From positions 1 to 60,227 of the forward strand of contig CAYWXH010000005.1 of assembly GCA_964462295.1 (NCBI GenBank): 60,227 bases of DNA. Reading direction: 5' to 3'. Source of the DNA: an uncultured Atribacterota bacterium. GTDB taxonomy: Bacteria > Atribacterota > JALVIU01. A program made the translations under genes and the position numbers. The notes under the pieces are model-generated. The model saw nothing but the letters and a program-made list of their open reading frames with translations, made no database searches and was not told where the DNA came from. This document shows positions 37,073-47,898 of this stretch, piece after piece (the first letter of the stretch is position 1; each line of letters begins with the position of its first letter).

Positions 37073-38338
37073 TCACCTCTTGGCTAATTTATTTAAATCA
37101 AATAAACTTTTAATTTTGTACTCTTTTTTTGTATCAACTTTTCCATATACCCCTCCACCCCCTGGCAAAAGTGTAAGCTCTCCATTTCTTGCAAGGATAA
37201 TATTTTTTGCTATTTTCGGATTGGTTACCTGTAATAGATCTTCATATGTAGCCTTGTGAAGTATATTCATTTCTGTACCAAAGTAATCAAAAAGTCTTTC
37301 TAAAAGCTTTTTCCCTATACCAGGAACAAATTCTAAGGGTACTTGATAATGATAAGGTGGCCTATGAGAAGGATGTTTTGGCTCTTTATAGTCAGAGATA
37401 TCAATAACTCTATCAAAAACCCCCATTGTTACATTAAGACTACCACATTTTTCACACTTAAACACAGGAGGAGGGGATGTAGCAATATGCCCGCAATCAT
37501 TACAGTATGTCCTATGATACTTACCTAATTTTGGGTCCATACCGTAATTTGCTATAATTTTTCTTCCCTCTCTCCTATATAGAGCAAGCAATACTTCTTT
37601 GTATGTGGGTTTTTCCATCAAAAATATATTATACTCCCTTCCTATCTTTGGTAAAGAATGGGCATCAGAATTACTAAGAAATGTAAAATCGCTAAGTTCT
37701 GCTATATGATCTGCTATATCTGTATCTGCACTTAGCCCAAGCTCTACCGCAGGTATCTTTTCCATTGTCTTTTTTGTAAAGATATCACTAAGCCTTCTTG
37801 CACAGTTGCCATATACACTTTTATGGGGGGTAAAGGCATGGGCAGGAAATAAAATCCCCCCTATATCATTTACAATATTGAATATCTCTTGCGCCCTCTT
37901 TCTTGTATTTTGTGTACTTAAATTAGGATTTTTAACAAGGCGAGTAAGTATATTAGAAAACTTTTTTACATCCTCAAGATAAGGAAAAAGTGCTACATGA
38001 TGTGCATGACCCCCTCCTTTTTCTTCTACCTCTACTTCACTTGCAAGAAGCACTGTTACCTTTTTATCATACACCAACCCACCATCTTGAAGTGCTTCCA
38101 TTTTACCTGTATCCAAAAGTTCTTCTATATCCTCTATTACTGAAGGAGATGCCGAATCTACAATCCCTACTATGTCTATACCCTTTCTATATGCACATTC
38201 TCTTGAGATATTTTCAAAAGTAAGATCACGGGAGGCCGTAATCTTTACCGCCCTCCCTTTTTTTGTCCTTCCTATATGTACATGAAGATCTACAAAAAAT
38301 TCTCTTAATTCTCCCATACTATACCCTTGATTTCTCAT
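37073..38338 (-). CDS. PHP-domain nuclease, endonuclease Q-like
   Basis: N-terminal PHP metal motif VDLHVHIG, later SNSDAHS, a C4 zinc finger CNDCGH...CEKCGS, and a C-terminal helix-hairpin-helix VPGIGKKLLERL. At 421 aa, the size and layout match what I recall for archaeal/Bacillus EndoQ. Confidence 0.55.
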   Translation of the reverse strand: MRNQGYSMGELREFFVDLHVHIGRTKKGRAVKITASRDLTFENISRECAYRKGIDIVGIVDSASPSVIEDIEELLDTGKMEALQDGGLVYDKKVTVLLASEVEVEEKGGGHAHHVALFPYLEDVKKFSNILTRLVKNPNLSTQNTRKRAQEIFNIVNDIGGILFPAHAFTPHKSVYGNCARRLSDIFTKKTMEKIPAVELGLSADTDIADHIAELSDFTFLSNSDAHSLPKIGREYNIFLMEKPTYKEVLLALYRREGRKIIANYGMDPKLGKYHRTYCNDCGHIATSPPPVFKCEKCGSLNVTMGVFDRVIDISDYKEPKHPSHRPPYHYQVPLEFVPGIGKKLLERLFDYFGTEMNILHKATYEDLLQVTNPKIAKNIILARNGELTLLPGGGGVYGKVDTKKEYKIKSLFDLNKLAKR

Positions 38339-38861
38339 TAAAAGTAAGGATACCTATAATTGTTTTTGCATCCTCTATTTTACCTTCTAAAACCATAGAT
38401 AAGGCTTCATTAAATGGTATCTTTTCTATTTCTATAAACTCATCAAAATCCATCTCTCCTGATTCTTCATAAAGACCTTTTGCTATATATATATGGAGCC
38501 TCTCGGTAGTAAATCCTGGTGTGGAATAAAAAGATATAAGGGGCGTAAACTCTCTTGCCGCAAAACCTGTCTCTTCTATAAGCTCTCTTTTTGCACATTC
38601 AAGAGGGTCTTCTCCCTCCTCCAATGTTCCTGCAGGTATTTCAAGTAAAATTTTTTCGGCAGGTTTTCTATATTGTTTTACCATAACAATATTTCCATCA
38701 TCATCTATAGGTAAAATAGCAGCAGCTCCCCTATGAACGATTATTTCTCTCTTGCTCTTTCTTCCATTTGGAAGTTCTACCTCGTCAATTTTGAGATTTA
38801 CCACCCTTCCCCTATAAATCCATTCAGTTTTTAAGGTTTTTTCCATTTTAGTATACCCCAC
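38319..38861 (-). CDS. NUDIX hydrolase, ADP-ribose pyrophosphatase-like
   Basis: Nudix box GTLEEGEDPLECAKRELIEETGF. 180 aa. Confidence 0.85.
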   Translation of the reverse strand: MGYTKMEKTLKTEWIYRGRVVNLKIDEVELPNGRKSKREIIVHRGAAAILPIDDDGNIVMVKQYRKPAEKILLEIPAGTLEEGEDPLECAKRELIEETGFAAREFTPLISFYSTPGFTTERLHIYIAKGLYEESGEMDFDEFIEIEKIPFNEALSMVLEGKIEDAKTIIGILTFNEKSRV

Positions 38862-39990
38862 TTAAAGAAAGTAAAATATTAGATACTTTCACAATATCAT
38901 TTATATCTACCCACTCATTTAAGGAATGTGGATTATGTGTACCTTCACTCATTACAAGAGATGGGATTCCCATTTTATTAAATACATTGGCATCACTTCC
39001 ACCATTTGTAAATGTAAGCTCATATTCCATTCCAAGTCTATTGTAGGCAGATATAATAAATTTTACTACAGGTTCACTCTCTTTAATATGGTATGCCTTA
39101 AATCCTTCTATTTTTTTGAAATCCACTTTTGCCTTATTCTCTTTTGCTATATTTTCAGTCTTTTTTTCTACATCTTCAAGTAGGGTCTGAATTTTTTGCT
39201 CATTATGACTTCTTGCCTCACCTATAAATTCCACCCTTTCAGGTACAATATTAAATGCTCTACCACCAGAGATTCTCCCTATATTAAATGTTGTCTCCTT
39301 ATCAATCCTACCCATCTTAAAAGAAGATATCATCTTACTTGCAACCCATATAGCATTAACTCCTAACTCGGGATTAACCCCTGCATGTGCAGCTTTTCCA
39401 TATACCCTAAAATACAGTTCATAATGAGAAGGTGCCCTGTGAATAATGTACTTTGGGTCATTAGAGCTATCAATTACATATGCAAAATCTATCTTCTTTC
39501 CTTTTAGATCTATATTTTTTGCACCCAAAAGACCTATTTCTTCAGAAATAGTAAAGGCAGCTACAATATCACCAGAGGGGGAAACCCCATTTTCTACAAG
39601 TACTGTATATAATTCGAGGATAGCCGCTATGCCTGCCTTATCATCTGACCCTAAAATTGTGGTCCCATCACTCTTTACAATATCCCCTTCTATTTGAGGT
39701 CTTACCCCTTCGCCTACAGGGCCTACTGTGTCCATGTGGGCAGAAAACATAATAGTTGGTCCATCTCCCTTGCCTTTAAGGTGTGCGATTATATTCCCCG
39801 TATTTGACCCAATTTTCTCACCTGCATTATCAATATAGTATGGAATTTTAAGTTTATCTAATATGCTCTCTATGTATTCTGCTACAGGTTTTTCATGCCT
39901 TGATAGACTTGGGAGTTTCACAAGTTCTATAAAATAGTTTAAAATCCTTTCTTTGCTTGGTTTTAACATAGGTATATCTCCTTTCTCCAT
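38848..39990 (-). CDS. M20-family metallopeptidase (peptidase T-like)
   Basis: FSAHMDTV, GSDDKAGIA and ISEEIGLLGA motifs. 380 aa. Confidence 0.75.
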   Translation of the reverse strand: MEKGDIPMLKPSKERILNYFIELVKLPSLSRHEKPVAEYIESILDKLKIPYYIDNAGEKIGSNTGNIIAHLKGKGDGPTIMFSAHMDTVGPVGEGVRPQIEGDIVKSDGTTILGSDDKAGIAAILELYTVLVENGVSPSGDIVAAFTISEEIGLLGAKNIDLKGKKIDFAYVIDSSNDPKYIIHRAPSHYELYFRVYGKAAHAGVNPELGVNAIWVASKMISSFKMGRIDKETTFNIGRISGGRAFNIVPERVEFIGEARSHNEQKIQTLLEDVEKKTENIAKENKAKVDFKKIEGFKAYHIKESEPVVKFIISAYNRLGMEYELTFTNGGSDANVFNKMGIPSLVMSEGTHNPHSLNEWVDINDIVKVSNILLSLSGVY

Positions 39991-39992
39991 AT

Positions 39993-42608
39993 TTATATAT
40001 CTATCATATCTCTCCAGTTAGTCCCAATTTTTATATCCACCTTTAATGGGACTTTTAATTTTATACAGTTTTCCATTATATCTTTTATTTCATTGATAAT
40101 AACATCTTTGTCTTCTTTTGGTGCCTCAATCAAAAGCTCATCATGTATCTGTAATATAAGTCTTGCCATAGGAGATTTTTTTTCGATAAATTCTTGAACC
40201 TTTATCATAGAAACCTTAATAAGGTCAGCTGCACTTCCCTGGATAGGTGTATTAACAGCAGCTCTTTCAGAAAATTCTCGTACATTTCTATATTTACTAT
40301 TTATACCTGGAAGATATCTTCTCCTGTTAAATAAAGTTGTTACATAGCCATTTTCCTTTGCCTTTTCTTTAAGTTCTTCTATAAACTCTTTTACCTTAGG
40401 GTATCTTTCAAAATATCTCTCTATATATTCTTTTGCCTCTTTTCGTTCTATGCCTAAGTTTTGGGAAAGACCGTAATCGCTTATACCATATATGATGCCA
40501 AAATTTACAGCCTTTGCAGCCCGTCTCATATTACTTGTAACCTTTTCTTCTGGTACCCCAAAAATTTCACTTGCAGTAATTGTATGTATATCTTTTCCTT
40601 TTATAAAAGCATCTATAAGATTTTTATCTCCTGACATATGTGCAAGGATTCTAAGCTCTATCTGGGAATAATCAAAAGAATACAGTAGATTTCCCTCCTC
40701 TGATATGAAGGCCCTTCTTATATCTTTTCCAAGCTCTGTCCTTATAGGAATGTTTTGAAGATTTGGGTCACTACTACTTAGTCTCCCTGTAGCTGTACCT
40801 GTTTGGTTATAAGTTGTATGAATTCTTTTTGTTCTTTCATTTACAAGTTTTATAAGGGCATCCACATAGGTAGAGAGTAATTTTGTAAGTTGCCTATAAG
40901 CTATAATCTTTTCTGCAATTTCATAGTCTTTTGCAAGTGTCTCAAGAACTGATATATCTGTAGAATATCCTGTCTGGGTCTTTTTGATAACTGGATATCC
41001 AAGTTTTTCAAATAAAATTATCCCTAACTGTTTAGGAGAATTTATATTAAACTCCTCTCCTGCCAATTTATAGATCTCTTGTTGGAGAGAAGATATTTTG
41101 TTCTCTAATTCCTTTTTCATTTTATGAAGATATGCAACATCTAATTTAATACCATTTAATTCCATTTTTGCAAGTACTCGAGATAGGGGCATCTCTATAT
41201 TATAAAATAACTCTTTGAGGCCAAATTCTTCAAGTTTTCTCAAAAGCACCTTTTTTAGTCTATGAATTACCTTTACAGTATCTATACCCTTCTCTATCTC
41301 TTCAGTATATGCACCCATTCTATATTTGAGATGTTCAAAGGTAATATCTTCCAAGGGATACTTACCTTTCCCTGGATCTAGTAAATATGATGCAATCATA
41401 GGGTCAAAATCTTTACTTTCCACCTTAAAATCATTTAATTGAAAATATATATAGGCATCCTTTATATTATAGCTGTTTTTTTCAGTATTATGCTCCCAAA
41501 TTTCTTTTGATTTTTTAAAAAACTCCTTGTCTAATATCCAATAATTCTCATCAATATCCAAGATGATTTTTTTGAAAATAGATCTTATTGGATGACCTTT
41601 ATCTTTAAGAATAACAAAAGAAAACTCTCTCTTCTCATCTATTAAAGATTTTAATTCTTTTATATCCCCTGATGTACTAATATGCTTTATATTTGTACTT
41701 GCTTCCACTATTTTTGTATCCTCTTTTGGTAAAGTATTTGAAAACAATCTTTTTATAAGTTGCTTAAATTCTAGCCTTTCAAAAAGAGATAATAACTTAT
41801 CAGTATTTTTATTTTCAGGGTTAAATTTAATCTTTTCGAAATCTATCTCTATAGGTATATCTCTTATAATAGTCGCAAGCCTCTTACTTAAAATCGCCTG
41901 GTCCTTAAATGCACGAAGATTTTCCCTTCTCTTTTTCCCTGGAACTTGAGATATATTTTCTAATACCTTTTCCAAAGAGTCAAACCTTTTTATAAGATCA
42001 GAGGCTGTTTTCTCACCTACTCCTGGTACTCCTGGTATATTATCTGAGGTATCACCTTTTAATCCTATGAAATCTGGAATCTGACGGGGAAGGATACCAA
42101 ATCGCTCTACCACCTTCTCCTCATCGTATAAATCCATATCGGTAATACCCCTCTGGGTAAGGAGCACTTTAACTTGTGGACTAACGAGTTGTAGGGCATC
42201 TCTATCTCCTGTGACTATATAGACTTCATAGCCTGCCTTTTCTCCTAATCGGGCAATTGTACCTATTAAATCATCTGCCTCATATCCCTCTTTTTCAAAG
42301 ATGGGTATACCCAAAGCAGAGATTACCTCTTTTATGAGTGGTAGTTGAAATACAAGATCTTCTGGCATAGAAGGTCTCTGGGCTTTATATTTATCATATT
42401 CTTCATGTCTAAATGTAGGTCCTTTTTTGTCAAATGTAGCAATTATAGCATAAGGATTTTCATCTATTAACTTAAGAAGCATTTGCGTAAAGCCGTAAAC
42501 TGCCCCTGTTGGCTCTCCCTTTGAGTTGGTTAATGGAGGAAGTGCATAGAAAGCCCTATAGGCAAGTCCATTACCATCTATTAAAAAGATCTTTTTATTT
42601 TTTGACAT
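39993..42608 (-). CDS. polA: DNA polymerase I
   Basis: 5' nuclease domain (LIDGNGLAYRAFYA, GDRDALQL), polymerase motif A (DYSQIELRILAH), motif B (RRAAKAVNFGIIYG) and motif C (QIHDELL). I could not recognise clean 3'-5' exonuclease Exo I-III motifs in the middle domain. Confidence 0.96.
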   Translation of the reverse strand: MSKNKKIFLIDGNGLAYRAFYALPPLTNSKGEPTGAVYGFTQMLLKLIDENPYAIIATFDKKGPTFRHEEYDKYKAQRPSMPEDLVFQLPLIKEVISALGIPIFEKEGYEADDLIGTIARLGEKAGYEVYIVTGDRDALQLVSPQVKVLLTQRGITDMDLYDEEKVVERFGILPRQIPDFIGLKGDTSDNIPGVPGVGEKTASDLIKRFDSLEKVLENISQVPGKKRRENLRAFKDQAILSKRLATIIRDIPIEIDFEKIKFNPENKNTDKLLSLFERLEFKQLIKRLFSNTLPKEDTKIVEASTNIKHISTSGDIKELKSLIDEKREFSFVILKDKGHPIRSIFKKIILDIDENYWILDKEFFKKSKEIWEHNTEKNSYNIKDAYIYFQLNDFKVESKDFDPMIASYLLDPGKGKYPLEDITFEHLKYRMGAYTEEIEKGIDTVKVIHRLKKVLLRKLEEFGLKELFYNIEMPLSRVLAKMELNGIKLDVAYLHKMKKELENKISSLQQEIYKLAGEEFNINSPKQLGIILFEKLGYPVIKKTQTGYSTDISVLETLAKDYEIAEKIIAYRQLTKLLSTYVDALIKLVNERTKRIHTTYNQTGTATGRLSSSDPNLQNIPIRTELGKDIRRAFISEEGNLLYSFDYSQIELRILAHMSGDKNLIDAFIKGKDIHTITASEIFGVPEEKVTSNMRRAAKAVNFGIIYGISDYGLSQNLGIERKEAKEYIERYFERYPKVKEFIEELKEKAKENGYVTTLFNRRRYLPGINSKYRNVREFSERAAVNTPIQGSAADLIKVSMIKVQEFIEKKSPMARLILQIHDELLIEAPKEDKDVIINEIKDIMENCIKLKVPLKVDIKIGTNWRDMIDI

Positions 42609-42614
42609 AAGTTA

Positions 42615-43571
42615 TCACCACTTCTTTGAGAAATATTTAAAGGAAAAAGGCATGACATCTGTAATCTCTTCCTTTTCCAAAAAGAACATCATTAGCCTAT
42701 CAATCCCTAAAGCAATGCCCGCACAAGGGGGCATGCCATATTCCAAATATCTTAGAAAATCTATATCATAAGGGTACCCCTTTTTGCCATATTTATCCCA
42801 TCTTCTCTTCTGTTCTTTAGGGTCTGTAATCTCAGTATAGCCATTTGCTATTTCTATACCACTTAAATAAAGTTCAACTCTTTCTGTAAATTTTGGATTG
42901 TTTTTGATATTTTTTGCAAAACCCCCAAGGATTTCAGGATAATTATAGATTACTGTAGGTCTTTCTCTTCCCAAATTCCTCTCTACATATGTAAGGAAAA
43001 GTTTATGAAATATGGTCTCAAAATCTCTCTCTCCAAACCCTTCTTTTTTTGCTATTTCTTCTCTTTTTTTCTCATCAAATAGATCATTTAGCTTTATATT
43101 TGTATATTTATAGAAAACCTCTTCTAAAGTAATAACTTCCCAATTCTCATTTATATATCTCTCTTTGAGAGAAAGGCTATTTGCAAGCTCTTTTAATAAT
43201 CCTTTAAGATCTTTAATAAGGTCGAGATAGTTCCATCCTATTCTATACCATTCTAAAATTAAAAATTCCGGATTATGAAGGGATGTAATAGGGTCGTCTC
43301 TAAAGGCATGAGTAATCTCAAAGATATCTCCTATCTTGGATACAAGTATTCTTTTTAAAAAAAACTCGGGAGATGTAGCAAGGTAGTAATTTCTATCTGA
43401 GTAATTTACTTTAAATGGAGATATATTTAAATCTTGAGAGAAAAAAGGGGTCATTATTGGCGTATCTACCTCTATGACCCCAGCTGAAACAAAATACTTT
43501 CTTATCAAACCAATAAAGGATGATCTAAATCTATATATATCTTTTAATTTTTCAATATCTTCATACATCAA
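42615..43571 (-). CDS. epmA: Class II lysyl-tRNA-synthetase-like protein lacking an anticodon-binding domain, probably EF-P lysine ligase (EpmA/GenX/PoxA)
   Basis: 318 aa. Class II core motifs FRSSFIGLIRKYF..GVIEVDTP, FRDD..SLHNPEFLILEWY, EIANGYTEITDP and GIALGIDRLMM. No OB-fold N-domain. Confidence 0.68.
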   Translation of the reverse strand: MMYEDIEKLKDIYRFRSSFIGLIRKYFVSAGVIEVDTPIMTPFFSQDLNISPFKVNYSDRNYYLATSPEFFLKRILVSKIGDIFEITHAFRDDPITSLHNPEFLILEWYRIGWNYLDLIKDLKGLLKELANSLSLKERYINENWEVITLEEVFYKYTNIKLNDLFDEKKREEIAKKEGFGERDFETIFHKLFLTYVERNLGRERPTVIYNYPEILGGFAKNIKNNPKFTERVELYLSGIEIANGYTEITDPKEQKRRWDKYGKKGYPYDIDFLRYLEYGMPPCAGIALGIDRLMMFFLEKEEITDVMPFSFKYFSKKW

Positions 43572-45318
43572 GTTTTATCTTTAATTCTCTTAATTGTTTT
43601 TCATCTACTGTACTTGGTGCCCCTGTAAGCAAACAAGTAGCTTTTTGGGTTTTTGGAAAGGCTATGACATCTCTTATAGATGTAGTACCTGTGAGAAACA
43701 TGGTAAGCCTATCCAGACCAAGTGCTATCCCACCATGTGGAGGAGCTCCATATTTAAAAGCATCTAGAAGAAAACCAAACTTCACCCTTGCTTCTTCCTC
43801 TCCTATGTTTAATACCTCAAACATCTTCTTTTGGAGTTCACTATTATGGATCCTGATACTTCCTCCACCAAGTTCTTCTCCATTTAAAACGATATCATAT
43901 GCCTTTGCTCTTACCATTTTAGGGTCTTTGGACAATAATTCTATATCTTCATCTCTGGGTGAGGTAAAGGGATGATGTTTAGCGACCCATCTATTTTCTT
44001 CATCATCCCACTCTAAAAGAGGAAAATCAGTTACCCATGTAAATTCATACCTATTTTCATCTATAAGATCTAATTTTTTGGCCAATATAAGTCTTATATT
44101 CCCTAAAGTAGTTTGGGCTATTTCCTCTTCATCCCCTACTATAAGCATTACACCCTTATCAGGTACAGAGAGCTCATTCTTTAAATTAAGTAAGGCATCT
44201 TGGGAAACTTTGCTTCCAAAGGTAGATTTTATCTTTTCATCAAATCTTACCCAAGCCATACCCTTTGAGCCAAGTTTTAGGGCATGGTCTCTTAATTTGT
44301 CAAGCTCTGTTCTTGAGAACTTATCTCCATCTTCCACTACTATGGCATAAATTTTTCCGCCCTCTAACACAAGGGATTCAAAAGGGGGAAATCCCAAATC
44401 TTTTCCAAGTGTAGTTATATCTTTTAACTCAAGACCAAATCTTAAATCTGGCTTGTCTGTTCCATATTTTTCCATTACCTCTTTGTATGTCATTTTTCGA
44501 AAAGGTATTTTTACATCTATTTTTAAAATTTCTCTAAAAATATTTGAAAGAAGTCCCTCTATTATAGAAAAGACCTCTTCTTCTTCTACAAATGAAATTT
44601 CCATATCAAGTTGAGTAAATTCAGGCTGTCTATTGGCCCTTAAGTCTTCATCTCTAAAGCACTTGGCAATCTGAAAATATCTATCAAAACCAGATACCAT
44701 AAGGAGCTGCTTAAAAAGCTGAGGAGACTGGGGAAGTGCATAGAATTTACCGGGATTTACCCTACTTGGTACAAGATAGTCTCTTGCTCCTTCAGGTGTA
44801 CTTTTTGTTAAAATAGGAGTTTCTATCTCAATAAATCCATGTTTATCCAAATAATTTCTAATTATTCTAGTGATCCTATATCTTGTTATAATGTTTTTTT
44901 GCATCTTATCTCTTCTTAGGTCTAAATATCTATACTTAAGTCTTAAATCTTCATTTATATCTACATCTTTTGATACCTCAAATGGTGGCACATCTGATTC
45001 GTTTAAGATCTCCATATGATTTGCAAAAACCTCTACTTCTCCTGTAGGGATATCTCTATTTATAGATTCAGGAGGTCTTTGCTTTACTATGCCCTTTATC
45101 TCAAGTACATATTCTGATCTGATATCTCTCCCTTTATAGTGTACCTCTTTAGAATATTCTGGGTCTAAAACTACTTGCACTATACCTTCTCTGTCCCTTA
45201 AATCTATAAATATTACTCCTCCATGGTCTCTCCTTCTATGTACCCATCCAAAGAGTACCACTTCTTTTCCTATATCTTTACTATCTACTTGGCCACAGTA
45301 ATGAGTCCTTTTTAGCAT
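43561..45318 (-). CDS. aspS: Aspartyl-tRNA synthetase
   Basis: The start is placed at MLKRTHYCGQV (ATG 45318, AAGGAG 7 nt upstream). Motifs seen: WVHRRRDHGGVIFIDLRD, QSPQLFKQLLM, FRDEDLRANRQPEFTQLD and GIALGLDRL. The 48-codon extension in the ORF track overlaps asnS and is rejected. Confidence 0.94.
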   Translation of the reverse strand: MLKRTHYCGQVDSKDIGKEVVLFGWVHRRRDHGGVIFIDLRDREGIVQVVLDPEYSKEVHYKGRDIRSEYVLEIKGIVKQRPPESINRDIPTGEVEVFANHMEILNESDVPPFEVSKDVDINEDLRLKYRYLDLRRDKMQKNIITRYRITRIIRNYLDKHGFIEIETPILTKSTPEGARDYLVPSRVNPGKFYALPQSPQLFKQLLMVSGFDRYFQIAKCFRDEDLRANRQPEFTQLDMEISFVEEEEVFSIIEGLLSNIFREILKIDVKIPFRKMTYKEVMEKYGTDKPDLRFGLELKDITTLGKDLGFPPFESLVLEGGKIYAIVVEDGDKFSRTELDKLRDHALKLGSKGMAWVRFDEKIKSTFGSKVSQDALLNLKNELSVPDKGVMLIVGDEEEIAQTTLGNIRLILAKKLDLIDENRYEFTWVTDFPLLEWDDEENRWVAKHHPFTSPRDEDIELLSKDPKMVRAKAYDIVLNGEELGGGSIRIHNSELQKKMFEVLNIGEEEARVKFGFLLDAFKYGAPPHGGIALGLDRLTMFLTGTTSIRDVIAFPKTQKATCLLTGAPSTVDEKQLRELKIKLDV

Positions 45319-45344
45319 ATTGTCTAAACTCCTTTTCTTATTTT

Positions 45345-46637
45345 TTAAGGGTAGATTCTGTACAATAACCTTGGAAATGGTATGGTTTCTCTTACATGAG
45401 GAAGCTTTGCAATCCATGCAAGGGTTCGTTCTATTCCAAGACCATATCCAGAATGAGGACAACTACCGTATTTTCTAAGATCCAAATACCACTTATAATC
45501 TTCTATGGGAAGTCCCTCTTCCACCATCCTATTGTATAAAAGATCATAATCATCTATTCTCTCTCCTCCACCTATAATCTCCCCATATCCTTCAGGGGCA
45601 AGCAAGTCGGCAGATAGGGAAAGTTTTTCATTTTCGGGGTCAGGCTTCATATAAAATGCCTTCATCTCTGAAGGATAATGATGAACAAACACAGGGCGGT
45701 CAAACTCCTCTGATATAGCAGTCTCTTCATCCCCTCCAAAATCATCTCCCCATTCTATTTCAAATCCCTTCTTTTTAAGGATATCTATAGCTTCATCATA
45801 TGTAATCCTTGGGAAAGGATGATCAATTTTTTCAAGTACAGAGATATCTCTTCCTATTTCCTTAAGTTCTTTCTCACCTTCTTTTAATATGCGCTTTATA
45901 ATATACACTATCATTTCTTCGGCAAGATTCATCATATCATAAAGGTCATAAAATGCCATCTCAGGTTCCACCATCCAAAATTCCATAAGGTGGCGTCTTG
46001 TTTTTGATTTCTCTGCCCTAAATGTTGGACCAAAACAATAAACCCTTCCAAAGGCCATTGCATTTGCCTCATTATAAAGTTGACCACTTTGAGAAAGATA
46101 TGCCTTTTTATCAAAATATTGGGTTTCAAAAAGTGTAGTAGTACCTTCACAAGATGCAGGGGTAAGAATAGGTGAGTCTACAAGTACGAATCTCCTTTCA
46201 TCAAAGAAATTTCTTATAATATTTATAAGTTTACTTCTCAATCTCAAAATAGCATTTTGCCGTGGTGTTCTTATCCATAGATGTCTATTGCTTAAAAGAA
46301 AATCTACTCCATGTTCCTTTAGTTTTATAGGATAATCTTCTGCAAGCTGAATAAGTTTTACTCCAGATACTGTAAGCTCATATCCACCCTTTGCCCTTGG
46401 TTCTTCTCTTACAACTCCTTCTACTATTATGGAAGATTCTTGTGTAAGTTTATCAGAGAGTTCAAAAACTTCAGGAGAAACCTCGCTCTTTATAACTGTG
46501 GCTTGCAAAAATCCTGTACCATCTCTTAGTATAAGAAAATGAATCTTACCACTTGACCTCTTATTATAAAGCCATCCTTTAATTCTTACCTTCTCACCTA
46601 CATATTTGTCAATATCTTCAATATAGACATCTTTCAT
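45345..46637 (-). CDS. asnS: Asparaginyl-tRNA synthetase
   Basis: 430 aa. [46 protein letters not shown] and GYGLGIERT. No GAD insertion domain. Confidence 0.93.
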   Translation of the reverse strand: MKDVYIEDIDKYVGEKVRIKGWLYNKRSSGKIHFLILRDGTGFLQATVIKSEVSPEVFELSDKLTQESSIIVEGVVREEPRAKGGYELTVSGVKLIQLAEDYPIKLKEHGVDFLLSNRHLWIRTPRQNAILRLRSKLINIIRNFFDERRFVLVDSPILTPASCEGTTTLFETQYFDKKAYLSQSGQLYNEANAMAFGRVYCFGPTFRAEKSKTRRHLMEFWMVEPEMAFYDLYDMMNLAEEMIVYIIKRILKEGEKELKEIGRDISVLEKIDHPFPRITYDEAIDILKKKGFEIEWGDDFGGDEETAISEEFDRPVFVHHYPSEMKAFYMKPDPENEKLSLSADLLAPEGYGEIIGGGERIDDYDLLYNRMVEEGLPIEDYKWYLDLRKYGSCPHSGYGLGIERTLAWIAKLPHVRETIPFPRLLYRIYP

Positions 46638-46641
46638 GGTC

Positions 46642-47895
46642 CTACTCCTTTTTGAATAATTTATATAAATCCTCTTCTTTTATCTGTTTATCCTTACCTT
46701 CTTTCATATCTTTCAGTATCAAGATATTTTTCTCTACCTCTTCTTCTCCTATAATAACTACATACCTTGCCCCTTTTTTATCTGCTTCTCTAAGCTGTCC
46801 TTTTACACCTTCTTTACCCAATGCATAATCTGTTTTTATATTTTTAGCCCTTAATTTAAAAATAAGAGAAAAGGCCTCTTTTTCTACCTCTTTTCTAAAA
46901 ACCACAAAAAGATCAGGTATATTCTCTTTTGGGAACTCTATCCCTGCGTTTGAAAGGGCAAGAATCAATCTTTCCATTCCACCTGCAAAACCTACACCTG
47001 GAATATCCTTCCCACCGATCTCTGAGGCAAGGCCATCGTATCTTCCTCCACCACCTACTGCATCCTGTGCACCAAGACCTCCTGCAATCACTTCAAAGGC
47101 CGTTTTTGTATAATAATCTAATCCTCTTACCAATCTATGATTTATCTCGTATTTTATCTTTAAGGTATCTAAATATTCTAATACCTTGTTAAAGTGTTCT
47201 TTGCACTCCTCACATAAATAATCTATAATCTTTGGGGCACCTTCTGTAGCCCTTCTACACCCCTCTCTTTTACAATCAAGTATACGAAGGGGATTTTTGT
47301 GATATCTTATTTTACAATCATCACATAACTCATCATACTTATCCTTTAGATAAAGCTTAAGCTCCTTTTCATATATAGGCCGACATTTAGGACACCCGAC
47401 ACTGTTTATAAAAATCTTATAATCTGTAAGACCTAATCTTTTGTATATTTCCTGAGTAGCCATTATTATCTCAACATCTGCTTTAGGGTCTTTAGTGCCT
47501 ATTATCTCCATCCCATACTGATGAAATTGCCTTTGTCTTCCTGCCTGAGGCCTCTCATAGCGAAACATTGGACCTATATAGTAAAATTTTCCAATATTTC
47601 CTTGCCCATACATTTTATGCTCTATATATGCCCTCACCACAGATGCTGTATTTTCTGGTCTTAATGTAATACTTCTTCCCTTTTTATCTAAAAAAGTATA
47701 CATTTCTTTATTAACTATATCTGTACCATCTCCTATTCCCCTCTGAAAGAGTTCGGTATACTCAAATATTGGTGTCCTTATTTCATAAAAACCATATATA
47801 TCCATTACTTCTCTTATAATTTTTTCAATATAGTGCCATTTATATATGTCTTCTGGAAGTATATCTCTTGTCCCTTTTGGAGCCACTATCTTCAT
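46642..47895 (-). CDS. hisS: Histidyl-tRNA synthetase
   Basis: [35 protein letters not shown] and a C-terminal anticodon-binding domain. 417 aa. Confidence 0.95.
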   Translation of the reverse strand: MKIVAPKGTRDILPEDIYKWHYIEKIIREVMDIYGFYEIRTPIFEYTELFQRGIGDGTDIVNKEMYTFLDKKGRSITLRPENTASVVRAYIEHKMYGQGNIGKFYYIGPMFRYERPQAGRQRQFHQYGMEIIGTKDPKADVEIIMATQEIYKRLGLTDYKIFINSVGCPKCRPIYEKELKLYLKDKYDELCDDCKIRYHKNPLRILDCKREGCRRATEGAPKIIDYLCEECKEHFNKVLEYLDTLKIKYEINHRLVRGLDYYTKTAFEVIAGGLGAQDAVGGGGRYDGLASEIGGKDIPGVGFAGGMERLILALSNAGIEFPKENIPDLFVVFRKEVEKEAFSLIFKLRAKNIKTDYALGKEGVKGQLREADKKGARYVVIIGEEEVEKNILILKDMKEGKDKQIKEEDLYKLFKKE

Positions 47896-47898
47896 AGT

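Noticed and set aside
45319-45462. 48-codon N-terminal extension of aspS (the 633-aa version in the ORF track)
   Set aside because: The extension ([19 protein letters not shown]...) overlaps the asnS 3' end in a different frame and has no homology to AspRS. A canonical AspRS N-terminus (MLKRTHYCGQV) with an AAGGAG Shine-Dalgarno starts at 45318.
45932-46150. 72-aa minus-strand ORF inside asnS in another frame
   Set aside because: It is fully nested in asnS, whose frame carries the class II motifs. There is no independent support.
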